Shown: in pieces, positions 49,736-64,000 of the stretch | How the letters are laid out: each line of letters begins with the position of its first letter | Numbering within the stretch: position 1 is the stretch's first letter | Assembly: GCF_032062105.1 (NCBI RefSeq) | Contig: NW_026927325.1 | Span: forward strand, 124,001 to 188,000 | Source: Saccostrea cucullata | Lineage: Eukaryota | DNA: 64,000 nucleotides | Direction: 5' to 3' | Notes under the pieces: generated by a model | Database searches by the model: none | What the model was told of the DNA's origin: nothing | The model's input: the letters and a program-made list of their open reading frames with translations, nothing else | Position numbers and translations under genes: made by a program

Positions 49736-52700
49736 TTATGCTGTTAGGACTGCCCATCCTTTCTTGGCATTCAGGAACTCCTATAAAAGAAAAAAAATCT
49801 TAATTAGAATTCTTGTAAAATGCAAAAGTGCAGAGTGCTCCTTATCATTGGTAGTATTTTAATGTAACTGGTATTATGGGACTTTTTAAAATATTTTACC
49901 TGAAATTGTTTGTTAATCTCTTGTTCGAGTGTCATTGGATGTCTAAGTTGGCTCCACCAAAGACTAAGGTACTATAACAAGGAAAATTACAAAAAGGTTT
50001 GAACAGTAAATCATTGTAGATGCAAATCACATAGCTACACACCTACATCATTAAAAATTGCATTATGAATATGTTAAATAAATCCTACTCACATCTTTCA
50101 TTTCTGAGTAACAACTTCTGCAGACTGATCGGGGGGCACCTGTCTCATCAGTCTCGCACTGACAAACCTGGCACTGGGTGGGGATAGAAGACTTGGCCAC
50201 ACGATTACTGATAGTGTCAATGGCCATCTTCTGGTGGCGGACCTTCTTCATAAGCATGGAGCTGGAATCAAAGATGGAACCATTGGAGAGGAGGGCTAGA
50301 TGGGAGCAGGTGTCCACTGGGGTATCCATGTTTTCCAGACTCTGGTCGTTTGAGTTATGAAGGACGTATTTCCTGTCTCTGTCAACACCTGTGAAGAGGT
50401 TTTGTCATCATAAAATCTGCATTTATGTGATTAATGAATTTTAAAAATCTTAATGTAAATAATGGAAATATATGTGTATACTTGACTTTATCTTGGAAAA
50501 CATTAAGTTAAAAAAAGAGGGCATACCTAAGATTTTCTGTTTTGGAATTCTGTTTCCAAGCATAAATTCTTGGTCTCTCAGAATGTGGAATCTGATATTT
50601 CTAGACTGCAGAATGTGTCTAATTTGGTGGTATTGCATGGTTTTCATATCGGAACAGACTCCACATTGCAGAAGGATGATGTTCTTGACTGCACCAGCAC
50701 GGAATGGATAATTGGCAGCCTCAAGGATTGCTCTTAGGGTGTCTGTCTTATGACTAGTGAAAGTGAGGCTTTCTACACCCATGACAAACTTGGTAGCGTC
50801 GTTGAGTAATTGGCCTTCCATTGTGTGAACATGAGAGCCCTTCTTGTTGAATCCTAGCAGTCCATATTTGTTGTTTGAGATACCTGCAAAAGGAATGAAT
50901 ATTGCATTGTTTTTGGTATACTTACAGAGCTATTATTTGAAAGAAATGTTGAAAGTCAAGAAAAGAAGAGATCATACTGGAATTTTGGAGAAGAAATAAA
51001 CATACCAGTTTTGGTGAGTTCTTGCTCAATTTCGTAGACCAGAGATCCAAGATGTTTGGTTGTTTCTCTGTTGCATGGTTTCTCCTCCACAATGAAAATT
51101 GTGTCAGCAGACGAAACAGGCTTGTAATCATCAGTGATTGAGGAAATCCTGATGGTCTCACCAGCCACGAAACTCTCCTCATTAGGAGCAACACACTGAA
51201 CTGTTGGTTATGAACATTATAACACATAAATAGGACTAAACAGTTGCGTCTATATGATGTTAATCATAAGCTGAATTGCTAGAGCTTTTAGATTTTCATA
51301 CATACCACATTCCTTTGGAGGAGAGAGATGGACACCTTCTTGTTGACACTGATGGAGATAGAATCTGGCAGCAGCACAGGCATCTTCCTGGTTCAAGCAC
51401 ATCTCAAAGGCTTTGTCTGGACTCACCTTCAAAGGAAATATGGTTGTAAATATAGAACATACTGAACAATATTTTTCTAATTTTGATTTTATTTTTTTTT
51501 GTAATCCAAAACAATTGTCATAACATACTTGTCTGAAGCAAGGCCTAAGGACAGAATCTGAGGACTTGAGGACTTTGGAGCATTTGATGTACTTGGCATC
51601 ATTAGAATCCTGGATGATGTCCACAGCATTGTTTCCATTGGGTCTGCATTTTTTGCTGACCTCCCAGCTATTGTAGAAGGAATCCTCATTCTTGACAATC
51701 TGGTTGTCAGAGGTGGTCAGTTCATCATACTGTTCATTGTTATAGGTGCCCAGCAATCCTGCCAGTTTGCCGAAGTACCAGCCGCTGACCTCTAGTGTGA
51801 ACACATTGCTAGGAAGATCTCCTGTGATGACCAGTCCTCGTCCAGTATCCAATTCTATCCAGTTTCCTACTCGTTCAAGACTCAATTTATGGGAAATATA
51901 TGGGAACTCATGGGGCTTGTTGTCTATCTTTACCTGTAAAAAGAATGAACAGATGAAAAATTATCTAATCATCAATTACCTGTAAAACTACAGACAATAG
52001 GCTATTTTTTGTTAAAAACTTAATATAAAGGAAGAAAACAACGGCAGCTTACAGTGAAGTCGGGGAAGATTTCAATTGTCTTTCCTTCAGCCAGAACCAG
52101 GAGAGATTCCATGGTGTTCTTGTTTGGCTTGTAGTTCATGATGACAGTGAAATTTTGGTTAACCAGGTCACGAGTCAAGATGAAACTGCAGTCACCAGTG
52201 AAGTCAAATTTCTTCCCATCAAAAGTGATGTAATGCCTGTTACCAGCCACATAGGCATAGCCCTTGAAGGGAGGGATCCAGTCAATGGGGTTGAGGCTTG
52301 CAGGTCTAAATCTATAGTAGACGTCCCAGAAGCAGAAATCGGTATCAGGTATGATGGTCTGAACTTTTCCTGCAACATCCTTCATTACATTTCTGAATTT
52401 GGTAACTGGGATCTTGGGCAGGCGGTCAAGGGTTTCCATCTTGGTGGGGAGATAGATATCTACCTCAATTTTGCCATTTTCAGGGTCAAAGGAAATGACT
52501 CTGGATTTGTCCAAACCTAAGATTTTCATTTCAATTATGTCTTCCACAATGAATTTCTTGATATCACCATGCATCTGAGTGGCAATATCCATAAGTTGTT
52601 TTCTGATGGACAAAAATTCAAATTCCTTGGACAACTGAAATAAAGAGAAAAATCTAAATGTTATTTTGGTTTAATAAGTAGTATTTGAGCACATTTATAA

Positions 52701-55700
52701 GCAAATAATATTTTAATTGAAGAATCAAGTGATAAAGTTAACTACAATTTTTTTTTACAAATAAAACGTTTTATATACCTGCTCATAGATCTCCTTCATG
52801 AGTTTATTGGAACTTGACGAAGTCTTGGTCCTTCTGGAGCTCATTGTACTTATCGTTCACAACAGCTGTTACCTTGGTAACCACATCATTGTATGGCTTC
52901 TTAATGTCGATGCCTTTGATGGCAGATTTGACCTTTTTGACGTAGACATTGTAGTTTGGCATATCAGGCATGTCTGGGAGTCTTTGGGAGAGAGCAGACA
53001 CTTCTTTTTGTATCCTTTGGACATTTGGATGCTGCAGAATCAAGTCCAGTTTTTCTGTAAAGAGAGAAGAAGCTCATCATATATATCTTTCAAATATTTC
53101 TGCTAAATCAATATGTCATTGTTTCTAAGAAATGTGTCTGTATTATACAGTTTGGTAGGGAAACATACGTGATGCAATAGTCTGTGTCTTCTTAAGAAGT
53201 TCTTGGATCTTTTGCTGAAGGAGACGGATGTTTTCTTTAATATTAGATGTCATGCTCTTTATCTCCGTCATCATCCAACTATGAGCTTCTTTTTTGTATT
53301 CCTAAAGAAGAAAATTGATACATCACAGGAATATCACATCAATGTCATAATATTGTTTTAGTATACTTGTAGATATTTACTGCAAGTTTAATTCTTACCT
53401 CAAATTTGGATGACATATCATTAACCATCTTGGTGTATTTCTCTGCAAATGGATAGGTTCTGACTTCATTTGATAGTTCAGTGATTTTGGTCTTCATTTC
53501 ATTGTATGAAGTCTGCATCTGTCGTAGACCTCTGCCATAGGCAACACTGCAAGGAATCAAAGTCATAATGCATTTAAACATTCATATTGTTTAGCCATCA
53601 TCCTAAAAATCTAGAGAGGGCTGAAGTATTCTTACATGAATTCCTGGATGGAGTTGTTAAAGAATTGGTTGAGGTCACCCAAGTAAAGGTCATTATTTTT
53701 CTTCATGTTCTTAATTGTCTGTTTGAGGGCATTAAGTTCTTCCTGGAAGTTCTCTACTTGTTTGGCAAGAGCCTCGGTGAAAGGCTTGATTTCTTCCATC
53801 AGTTCCTTGCTGAGGGTGGAATCTTTACCGGCCAGCTCATTAGCAATGTCAGTTCCCACCTCCAAAAATGCAGCATTAGCCTCTGTGGCATCTTTCATCA
53901 TTCTCTGTGTGGCAAACTCCTATCAACATACAAGGGTTTAAAATTTAGATTCTATCAGGTATGTTTGTACTTTAGAACTTGCAGTATAGGTGTTTGCAAG
54001 GCTTAGTTTAACTTACTATCACTGCCATATACTGCATACATGTTAAACAAGAAGTAAAAATTGGGGTGCTTGTAATTAATTATATTTTAAATTATCGAAG
54101 AATAACCCAAAACTTAAAAGTACATTAATTAATTTAAAATAAGCTGAAAAAAAAGAAATACACAGAAATTTTGCTGAACTAGAAATATGTGTTACCATGG
54201 CGTCTGCGAACATTTCTGGCCTCCAGTTGATCTTTGAGTGAAGGAATCTGGAGTCCTGAAGCTGAACGTTGACGAGGGAGTCGGTAACCTGATCAAAGTC
54301 TCCGGTTCTGTAGATCTCAACCTGAAGGTCTTTCTTGGTTGGTAACTCTGCCTTCATGTGCAGGGCTGATCTTGGATTAGCTAATGATTTTAAAGAGTGA
54401 ATTGTATTAAAATCTGTGGCAAAAGAATACTGTACATGAAGGTACATTAACATATTCAAAATTTATGTGATCTCTGATAAGGAGTGGTTTATGTAATTGT
54501 GAATTAGTGCTACAAATGTCCACTCCTGTATTGTATACATTAACAGTATAAACAGTATTCATGAATTAGATCAGTATTTTCAAAGCTGCTAAAACACAAA
54601 GCCCACTTTTTCAAGTGCACATACAGCATCCGCTTAATTTCACTCTGACTAAAGAGATTTGTATCTAATGTAATATTTTCATGCAAATTTATTGCCCCCC
54701 CCCCAAAAAAATAAGCATGCTAATGAAAAATAACATTCTGGTTATTTGGAGATGTTTTACTTTAGAAGATTACCTGTATCATACTTGGCCTTGAGCTCAA
54801 CACTTCGTTTATTCTGATCAACTTTGACTCTAAGTTTTTCAGATTGTCTGCCATTATCCAAACTGTCTACAGTAACTAATAGAGGAGATGTGGATTCAAC
54901 ACGACCAATGACTCCTAAAGATTTGCCACTTGGCACATCCATCTGAAATATTGATCACTTGATGTAATGATTGTAATGGTACATGTAATATTCAAATCAG
55001 AGAGAAGTCAGAAGGCAAGACAGTATATATCTAAATTTAGTTAAAAAAGTCCACTGCAAAACTCACATAAAGGGCAATCTCTTTCTGCATTTTTTTAATC
55101 TCCATCAGCATCTTCATATTCTTCCTCTGTCTTTGGTTTGTAAGGTATTGCACACCAATTCCAAAAGTATCACTCATGTCTGACTGTCCAGAATGTCCAC
55201 TCAGGGTAATGTCAAGTTTACTGAATCGCTGGGACATTCCTACGGACCAGGTGTAGTTGGAAGACTGAGATCCTGTAGAAATATCATCTACTCGGACAGA
55301 CATCACAATGTTCTTTCTCTTTTGAGGAGAATAAGAAAACTCAACAGTGCTTTCAAAAAGCTTCTTGTTTTGCTGAGTAACAGCGTTGATTGAATACTCC
55401 TACAATGAAAGAATATATGTTGATAAGATACCATGGCATAAAGGATAATTTTAAGCAAAATACATGTAATTGTAAATTAAATATTTTACCACAGATACAT
55501 ACCTTGTTGAAAGTAGGCAGCTTGATGTCAATTTGATGAACAGTGCTGCGTTTACCAGATTTGGTCAAACGGATGCCAGCCTTTTGGTCTCTGTCAGAAT
55601 CAGCATCCCAGAACAAAGTGTTCTCACTCCAGACAACAGGATTTGTATCGTCATACTCATTGACCATTTCGATAGATCTTGATGGAATGACCACCTTTGT

Positions 55701-58700
55701 GGAATACTTCTTGTTATCTTGGTGAAGGTCAAATCCAGCTTTTTTGTTATTATCTTTGTCCCATGTCACCACCATCTTTGCTCTCTGCATATTGGTTGTT
55801 CTGTGCAGAATTGCATCCAGGCCAACAGTTCTTGTTGCATGAACAGCCTCGATTTGTATTTGATTGTGAAGGTCATTGTTATTGGCAATGGATGCTTGAC
55901 CACTGAATTGGACATTGCTGTTAGTTTCCTCTTTGTTCCAATTAATGGTGGACTTTCCTGTGAAAAGATTGGCCTCCTTCTTTAGATTGACAGAATATTC
56001 CATCTGTCTAGGATGCCTGAAGATAATTTGATAATCGTATAACCAATCATCTTCAATCAAAAATTCAAATTCCTCATCTGCTTCCAAATATGTCTTTCCA
56101 TTGTACTGTATGAGGATAGCTCTAGTGTTTCTCATGTGTTCCTCACGCTGCTTAGAAGTTGTTTGGTCTTCCTTATATTTAAAGCTCTTAAGGACTTCAA
56201 ATGGTGTTTCAATTGCAAGATGAAGCTTAGACTTGCCAGTTTGTCCCCTCAGGATAACTGAAGCATCAGCACTGATCTTTCTTATTGGGTCCATGTAAGT
56301 TTCCACCATCATGATGTACTCTTCACCCTGTTTTTGGCTAGTGAGACTAAACTGCCACAGTTTGGCAATTTCAAAATCACTTGTGATCTTGCTAAAGTAG
56401 TCAATATCAAAAATTCCTTGTATTTTTTGCCTAATGTCCCAGGTTATTGTGGAAATTTTGTCAGAGGTGATGAGTAGTTTACTTAAATAGGTCTCCTGAT
56501 TTTTAGTTAGAGCATATGAAACCTCTGAGTATTTGAATCCTTCATGTGGTGTCATCACTTTAACATGGAATTGAAGATTAGAAGGAATTGGTGTGAGGGT
56601 CATCTCTCCACTGTATCTCATTGCATTTCCATAGGAAGCAGACACTGAAGATGAGATCAGATCATCAGTGACAGTGTTGACCACAGTGACCTGAATGACT
56701 TCATGGTAAGTTGATTGTAGGTTGATGGAGCAATCAATATCTGGGAAGTTCACTTGGCACCTTGAAGATGTCGCCATGTTATGTTTTGGCCCAAAGTTCC
56801 ATGAGGCATCCAAAGTGCGTTCCCACTTGCCCTGAGATTGGTGAGAAATGGAGATTACTCTTCCTTCAGGGAGGGTAATGGTGATATCTCCCAAAATGTC
56901 ATCAGAGTTAATGCTGGATTTTAATCTTGCCTTCTCAATATCATCAACAGTCAAGTACACATCTGTAGTTTTGATAGCTGTTTCGGCCATATTTTTTAGA
57001 ACAAGTGTCAAGTCTGATGGGAATTCAGTATCATAGTACTCTTTAAGTGGGTTGTTCTTGATATTTACTTCCATATTCACTGATGGAAGATCCACTGAGA
57101 CTGTTGATTTGGCAGAACTTTTCTTTCCATTAATGTTGGTTGAGATGGTAGTTGTGTATCTATTACCCACTTTCTTGTTATTAAATTCTGCTGACACAGT
57201 GTTCATTGGTGTTGTTACAGCCCAGTTTACATTCATGGTTGGGAAGTTTATACTTTGAGACATAGAGCTGGTAATCTTCTTGTTGTCTCCATACCGGATT
57301 TCAAGGTCAGAAGTAGATTTGGTGGATTTTACAGTAGCTCCAAAGCTTTCAAAATCTTTGTAAGGAGTGGTTACATCAACATTTGCATCAATTTTAGGGA
57401 AGTCAGCCTTTAATCGTCCATCAGCTGTGATCTTCTTTCCATCAGGATAAGTAATTGAAATTTCCCCAGTGTATTTGTCAGATGGTTTATCAGTTTTGAG
57501 AGCAAAGGAGGCTGATTCGTAATCCTTGAATGATGTCTTTACATCAACATTAATATCCATTTTTGGAAGTTCTGCAGTAACTGTGCTAGCTACAGATACT
57601 GTGTGTTTCTTTTCCATGCTGGCTTTTACTTCAGATTTATATTCATTGTTATTTTTCTTGTGTGTTGCAACAAGAACCATTTCAGTGTATCCTTTGAAAG
57701 AGGAGTCAATCTTCACTGAGGCATGTATGTCATCTACAGACTGTCCATTAAAATCAACAGATGTTCCAATGCTGTGATTTTGGTATTTACCAGAAACTTT
57801 AGTGGAGAATGCAAGAGGAACTCCAGCATGATCTAACTGGAAGTTTCCAGTATACTTCTCACCTGCCATGATAACAGTTTCATCAACAGTAAGAATGAGT
57901 TCATTGTTGCGGAGCCTGTAGTTTGTAGAAGACTCCCATTTATTGTCAGAGCCCATGGAGAATTCTACACTGGTTGTAAATCCTCTCTTTTTCTGGTTTT
58001 GGTCAAGCTTAAATAAGATGTCTTCAGTATATGGTGATTTCAGTGTGGCTGTGGTTGCTACATCACCTTTCTGTATGATGTGATTATAGCTGGCTGAAAT
58101 CTTTTCATCTTGGAATTGAACTTCTGCGACTGATTTGAAGTTAGTGTGAGGTCCATCTTTGTTAAATGTTATCACTGTATTTTCCCATCCTTGAATAGGT
58201 GTCTTGAAAGTTTGAGTTAATGCTGTCAAAACAGTGGAATGGCTGAAAACAGTGTCAGATTCATATTTCCTCTGGTTATGCGTGGTTTCCACGTGTGTTT
58301 GGAAGTTATCAGATGATCCCTCGTGATTAAATGCCAGTTCTGCAAATTTAACAGCAGGGAAGGTAGTGGATAAGTTGATTTTTCCTCCAGTTAGTTTCAT
58401 TGAGTGGGATGTTTCCAGATTGCTTTCGATGCTTGTGTGATTGAAAATTCCTCTGATGTTGGTTCTGAGGTTAGGGAAGGTGCCACCATGAGAAAAGCTA
58501 GCCTCAGCAATTTTCAAAATTGGGAAAGGAGTCTTGATCATGGCTTTGGCTTCAATATCTCCAATAATGTCAAAAATGGTCTCAATTTCAATTTTGTCTT
58601 TATTGGTGCCATAGAGGAATTGTGTTCTTATGTCTTTCCATGTTTTGCCTTCATGGTTAAATTGGAAGTCCACTGTTTTGTATCCTCTCATTGGACTTTC

Positions 58701-61700
58701 CATATGGAAAGTTCCATATACCTTAGGTTCCAGACCAAATGTAGTGTCTACAAGCATTGTCTTTCCTCCATCATATTTGATTTCAGCATGATTATCAAAA
58801 GCATTGACATCTCCATTTTGTCTATAGCTAATTGTTGCTGGTTGGTATCCTGGGGCTTTGACAGTGAAGGTTCCTTGAAGGTTTTTAGGCTTAGCTACAT
58901 ATGATCCACTGACTTCTATTTTCTGGGTAGGAAGGTATTCCAACATGAAGCTAGATTGCCGTGCTACTACGCTGTACTGGCTCAGGAGCTCAGCTCTCAT
59001 GTAAGGGTATTGTGGGAAAGGTGTGTCCAATCTGAGTGATCCCTTGGTGTAAAGTTTGTCATAACTCCAATCAGAAGAGGCTGAGATTTTCTTTACCAGG
59101 GGGTTGATTTCAAAATCAAAGTTGGTTGTGAACTTTTTCAAATCTCCTTTAAAGAAGATTCCTGTTTCAAGCCTTTGGAAGGTTGGGAATGGAGAAGTCA
59201 GATATACACGGGCTTTCTTTTCTGTTACCAAGTTATAGATGCCTCCAACTGTGATCTTTTGCATGGGAGCATATGCAACGCTACCTTTTGCTTCCCAGTC
59301 AATACCATTTAATTTATGACTTGCATCTACTTCAATGTTCTGGGCACGTGGGAAGGGAGTAGTCAGAGTAAATTTGCTTTCTAGGTTGTTCAAAATATCA
59401 GAATGAGTGAAAGCAGCAACAATCTTCTGAGTGGGCTTCCACTGGATCTCCAAGCCAGATTTTATTGGCATGGTGGCACTGTTTGCAAAGGACTTTAATT
59501 TAAAGTCATCCATGTATCTACTGCTCACTGTTAAGTCCACTTTAGCTTCCCCTACCTGTCTTCCATATTTCAAATCAACTGTACCAATGTTTTCTCTGTC
59601 GGCTGTAATTCTTCCATATGTCTTGATAAATCCAATCTTATTTTCATGCTCAAAATCAGCTTCCACTCTTCTCAGTGTGCTGGATGGGACATTCATTTGG
59701 AATCTGCCAGTGATCTTATGATTTGGGATAGTTTGGATATTTCCGGTAAGTTCTGCATTGAACGTCTGACTCTTACCCCATTTGATATCAGCTGTGCTTC
59801 TGATATCACGGTCAGTGTTTCTGTGTGTCCATTGGAGAAACATGGTATCATAAGGTCCCTTGATATCATAGCTTCCTCGGCTCTCTAGCTGCCAACCAGT
59901 CAGTTTGTTATCCATATCTATCTTGTACAAGTATTTATCATTGTTATGAGTGACAACAGCATGAGAGCTCACTTTCTCAAAATTGTCTTGATGGGTGATG
60001 TTGAAAATGATTTTCTCATAATTAAGGATGCTGGATGAGAAGCCAATGTTTCTTGTAAATGCTCTTCTGGAAAGATCAAAAGCAGTGGTTTCTCCATTGG
60101 TTTCAATGTTAACAAACTGACTGTTTCCCCAGGAAACTTTTAAGCTGCCAGTCTGTGATATCTGGGAAGAGGAGATCTGGTTGAGTAGGATAACACGAGG
60201 ATTACCTAGACCTTTGAATGGGGTGCTCACCTTGACATCCAGGTTTAGATCATGAGGCAGAACAGGATACTTTGTTGTGGCAGTAGCTGAAACTGTTTTG
60301 CCTTTTGCCCAGGTTATGCCAGCAATGACTTTATACTCGTTTTTGGAGTAGCTGTTTCCAACTCTTAGTTTATATTCCTCAAAATTTTTAAAGGATGATT
60401 GAATTGATACTGTTGCCTCTGTAACTCCTCTGTATTTCTTACGATTGTCAAGAAGCTCTACTTCTGCAAAAACTCTATGACGTGGACTCCAGGAGACAGA
60501 AGCAGACGTCTTATAATTGTAATCAGCTTTAATGAGGTTCTTTAGCTCACCAGCAATTTTCTGACCTGGATACTCTAAGTTGGTAAAAACATCAAAGTCC
60601 TTCAAGCTGTTGTATCTGGAGATACATTGAACCAAAACTCTCTTGTCTGCATCCCTGATAGCATCCCAGCTCACATCCACCTTACCAATGCATTGACCTT
60701 CTTTCTTTCCTCCTTCAAGCTCCATAGTTACTTTACGAGAAGGATACTGAATGTGGGACATGAGTTTTCCATACTTATGTGGATCATACTCTCCAGAGGC
60801 CATAACTGCATACTGATCATTACCATGGACGACTGTTAGATCAATTTTGGGGGTAATGTAGCTGACATCTGTAGAAGCACTTATGGAGACTGGCTTCTGC
60901 TTGTAGATCTGGAAGTTTGATTGAACATCGATTGAGGTATTGGATTTCTGAGTGTACTCGCCTGCAATGATTGATTTGGCACCCTTTTGGTGTTGTACAA
61001 TCATTTTTATTTTGCCCTCCTTGTCTGTTTTCCGTGAACCAGAAGCCTCTACTTCAATGTCTCTTCCAGGGTAGGTTAAAGTTGCTCTTCCACTATATTT
61101 TGGAAATTTCTTAGTTGCATCTTCCAGTTTCAGTGATGCAGTAACTGTGTTTTTGTCCTCATAACGGATGGCAAAATTTGATTTGATTGTCTTTTTGGTG
61201 TGTGAGTGAGAGCCTGAAATAGCAGCATCTAGATCCTACAACAAAAATATTTATTGTGAAGTAAATGTGCAAAGGGTGTATTTTTAAAAAATATTTACCC
61301 TGAGGTTGGGTGTTTCAACATTTGCAATATATTTTCAACTTCTTTTTAGTTGCTTGGTATGATTTTGAAGCATGGATAAATTTTTAAGAAATCTATGATG
61401 CTCACTTTGTGTTTCATAGAGTAAACAAGCTCAAACATTAAATATGACTTACTGCAGGTTTATGTGAGAGGGAGACATTGTAGGTGATAGAAACACCATT
61501 CTTTTTAATGCTGTATTTGCTGATGCCATTTAAAGTCACCCTCTGCTTGTTAACTTTGCTAGTGTAAGTTCGGCCATAGTCAAAAGATGACTTCAGATCT
61601 GCAACCTTGTTGAAGCGATGGGTAAATTTCAATGCCAAGAGGTTGTTATATTCAGAGAATTTTGATGATTTGAAATTTCTGTAAATAAAAAGAAGTGTTT

Positions 61701-64000
61701 CATCATAATGTCCAAGGAGAGAAAATGCTATTGCAGAAATTTGTTTTCCCAATTTTCAGGGAATTTATCTTAGAACTGTAGAGTAATAAAAATCATCGAT
61801 GCTTTAATAGAAAGGTTATTTCACTGTTTTATTTCACCAAAGTGGTTTTGTTTACTCACGAATTAATAACGATATTTTTCAGTGCCTTGGTGCTCTTGTT
61901 CACAATCTTGCTGTTATATGTGAAGCTGTCCTTTGCCCCTTTGAAAATTTTGAGAAAGTTGTAGTCAGCTTTGACTCGTGTGGTCATTGCCACTGGCTTC
62001 TTATCAATATTCACTCTCACTCTCAGGCTGGATTTCTTGGGTCCTTTGTAGTTGGCTTTTGCTTTGTAGAAAACTCGTTTTCCTTTTGCAATTTTCTTTA
62101 CATCACCTTAAAAAAAGAAATAAAAGTAATTGTACTTCTATGTGATTTTTGTTTTGAAAGTAATAGCTGTCTATGCAAAGGTTTTATCTTCTTTTTGGCA
62201 TACATTTTTGAAGTCCTCCCTTTTCCTGACACTTTGTTATAAATGTGTTTTATAGTATTTGGTTTTTATTCAAAATCCATTGAAAACCCCCTTTTTAATA
62301 AAGAATATGTTGTAAATTACCTTCAAGAATAACAGCAGAGCTGAACACTCTGTCCAAGGTCAGGTCGACTTTCCCAAAGGTTCCTGGTTCTCCAATAAGA
62401 GAGCCGCGCACACTGATAAGTTCTTTGGTGGGGGTCTTGATGAGGATTTTGGGATAAACTACTGTCTTTTTCGTTTGTGCATTAATCTTGGCCATGATTT
62501 CTGCCGAATACTCCTTCTTCTTCTCATGGTTAAACTTAACAGAGATTCCTCTTGCTTTTGGTGTATTCTTAATGTCAGCTGCATAAGATAAAAATAAATT
62601 AATTAGGGTTTATTTTAGAATGAGGCAAACAAGGCAAAGTATGGTTAAAGAACATTTTTGGATGAGAAAAATCCTTGCATATTTCTAGCAGTATTTCAAT
62701 GATATACATTTTTCCAATTAAATACTATATTTTTTTGTTTTAAATTAAAAAAAATTTAAGTTCTTCAAAATTAAAGCATAAATAATTTTCTACTAGCAAC
62801 TTCCTTCTGGAACCAATCATTGAAAGGTGAAACCTACCTTCAATGGTGATTGGATCATCCTGGACCCCCTTTAGGACAATGGTAGAATCTAATGTCTGTT
62901 TTTGTTTTGAGTATTCTACATTCACACTTCCGTCAAGATTGATGGGTTTGGCTTTAGGGTAGGAGATGGTCATTTTAGGCTTATACTTTTTTACATTGCC
63001 TTTGGCATTGATTTCAACAGAAGATTCAAATCTATATTCCTGGGATCCATCAACAGTGGCCAGACCATTCAACTGCTTCTCTTTCTTTCCATCAACTAAA
63101 CTTCCTGTGGATGATTAAAAAATAAAATCAAAAACCTTTACAATTCAGCACACCATACAGCCATTATAATGAACATTAAGTAATATGTAAAAAAAAAATG
63201 CATATCTTTGTAATCAGAGGTTTTTGTAAGGGAATAATTGCACAAAAATATGTTGAACAGAAGATAAAGTAGAAAAAGTGGCTCTCCAAAGATGAGGCTT
63301 GTCTTTACGTATGTAACACATGTAACCCAATGTTTGCAAGTAATATTTGAAATGAAAAACTAAAATAGAGAGAAAGAAGATGGATCTTTGAAAAATTAAA
63401 AAAACAAAACTGACCTGTGAATGTGGCCTTCTTCCATGGAGAGGTCAGACTCATTTCCAGAATTTTGGAATCTTTCTTCACTTCGAGTTCAAATCCCGTG
63501 GCTCTCTCTGTCTTTGATCCGGGTGTGTCATAAAATACTTTAAAGTTCAGCAGTTTCTTGTTCTATAAAGAAAGTAAGTTCAAAAATTAGCCTTACACTG
63601 TTTTCAAAGGCATGAAAATTTAATATGATTTTACATAAGATAAAATCTCATTTCTGAATGCAATTTTATGTTATACAAGGGACAAGCATTCGCAATTTAA
63701 TTATATTTTTTAAAAATATTTTATTTTCTAAATAGTGCTAATAAAATCATCACTTATAATAATGTCTTTTGAAATAATCAGCTGATGCAAAGAATAATTT
63801 AATGTGTATTTACATTGATCTTTTTGATTTCCAACTGATATCCTTTGTGTGTGTCTCTCTTGTGAAGAATGAGCACACCATGTGCTGGGCCATTCAGTGG
63901 GAAGGGGGGAGAGTCATCCTTAGCACTCGGGTGAGCTATGTCTCCACAGACCTCTAAACCAGTCAGTTGGACAATTGTGTGTCCAGAGCAGAACTTCTTG
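49736..64000 (-). CDS. Apolipophorin / ApoB-like large lipid transfer protein, 3' part (5' end beyond window); includes giant exon 55503-61235
   Basis: Very long amphipathic beta-strand region with recurrent TPF/SPF motifs, then a helical region, then a von Willebrand D domain (AYVAGNRHYITFDGKKFDFTGDC..GLLGTYNNE), a Cys-rich segment and a C-terminal tail. Stop at 49736-49738 (..EFLNAKKGWAVLTA*). Multiple GT-AG exons up to 64000. Confidence 0.88.

Noticed and set aside
55353-61004. 1883-aa ORF as a stand-alone gene
   Set aside because: It is an internal exon of the apolipophorin-like gene: the frame is open to the acceptor at 61236 and the donor is at 55502.

Overview
AT-rich, intron-rich eukaryotic DNA, most likely from a bivalve mollusc such as an oyster; this is inferred from gene content and repeat types. 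Eight protein-coding genes were reconstructed by eye from splice sites: a GT31 beta-1,3-galactosyltransferase (-), a typical 2-Cys peroxiredoxin (+), TMEM220 (+), ALG14 (-) head-to-head with TLCD4/TMEM56 (+), IFT74 (+, 23 exons), METTL4 (+), and the 3' part of an apolipophorin/ApoB-like large lipid transfer protein (-) with a 5.7-kb exon. Between and within them are many non-autonomous DNA transposons (foldback-type elements, TA-flanked MITEs, Helentron-like arrays, very short hairpin elements with 9-10 bp target duplications), a LINE 3' fragment and tRNA-derived SINEs. Main observations: METTL4 starts about 390 bp after the IFT74 stop with no evident promoter and could share IFT74's first exon; the IFT74 start codon appears split by an intron (AT|G); IFT74 has a U12-type last intron; ALG14-TLCD4 head-to-head order matches vertebrates; there is an interlocked double inverted duplication at 15.5-17.7 kb; and tiny hairpin insertions sit near promoters. 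No database searches were run, and exon coordinates were counted manually.
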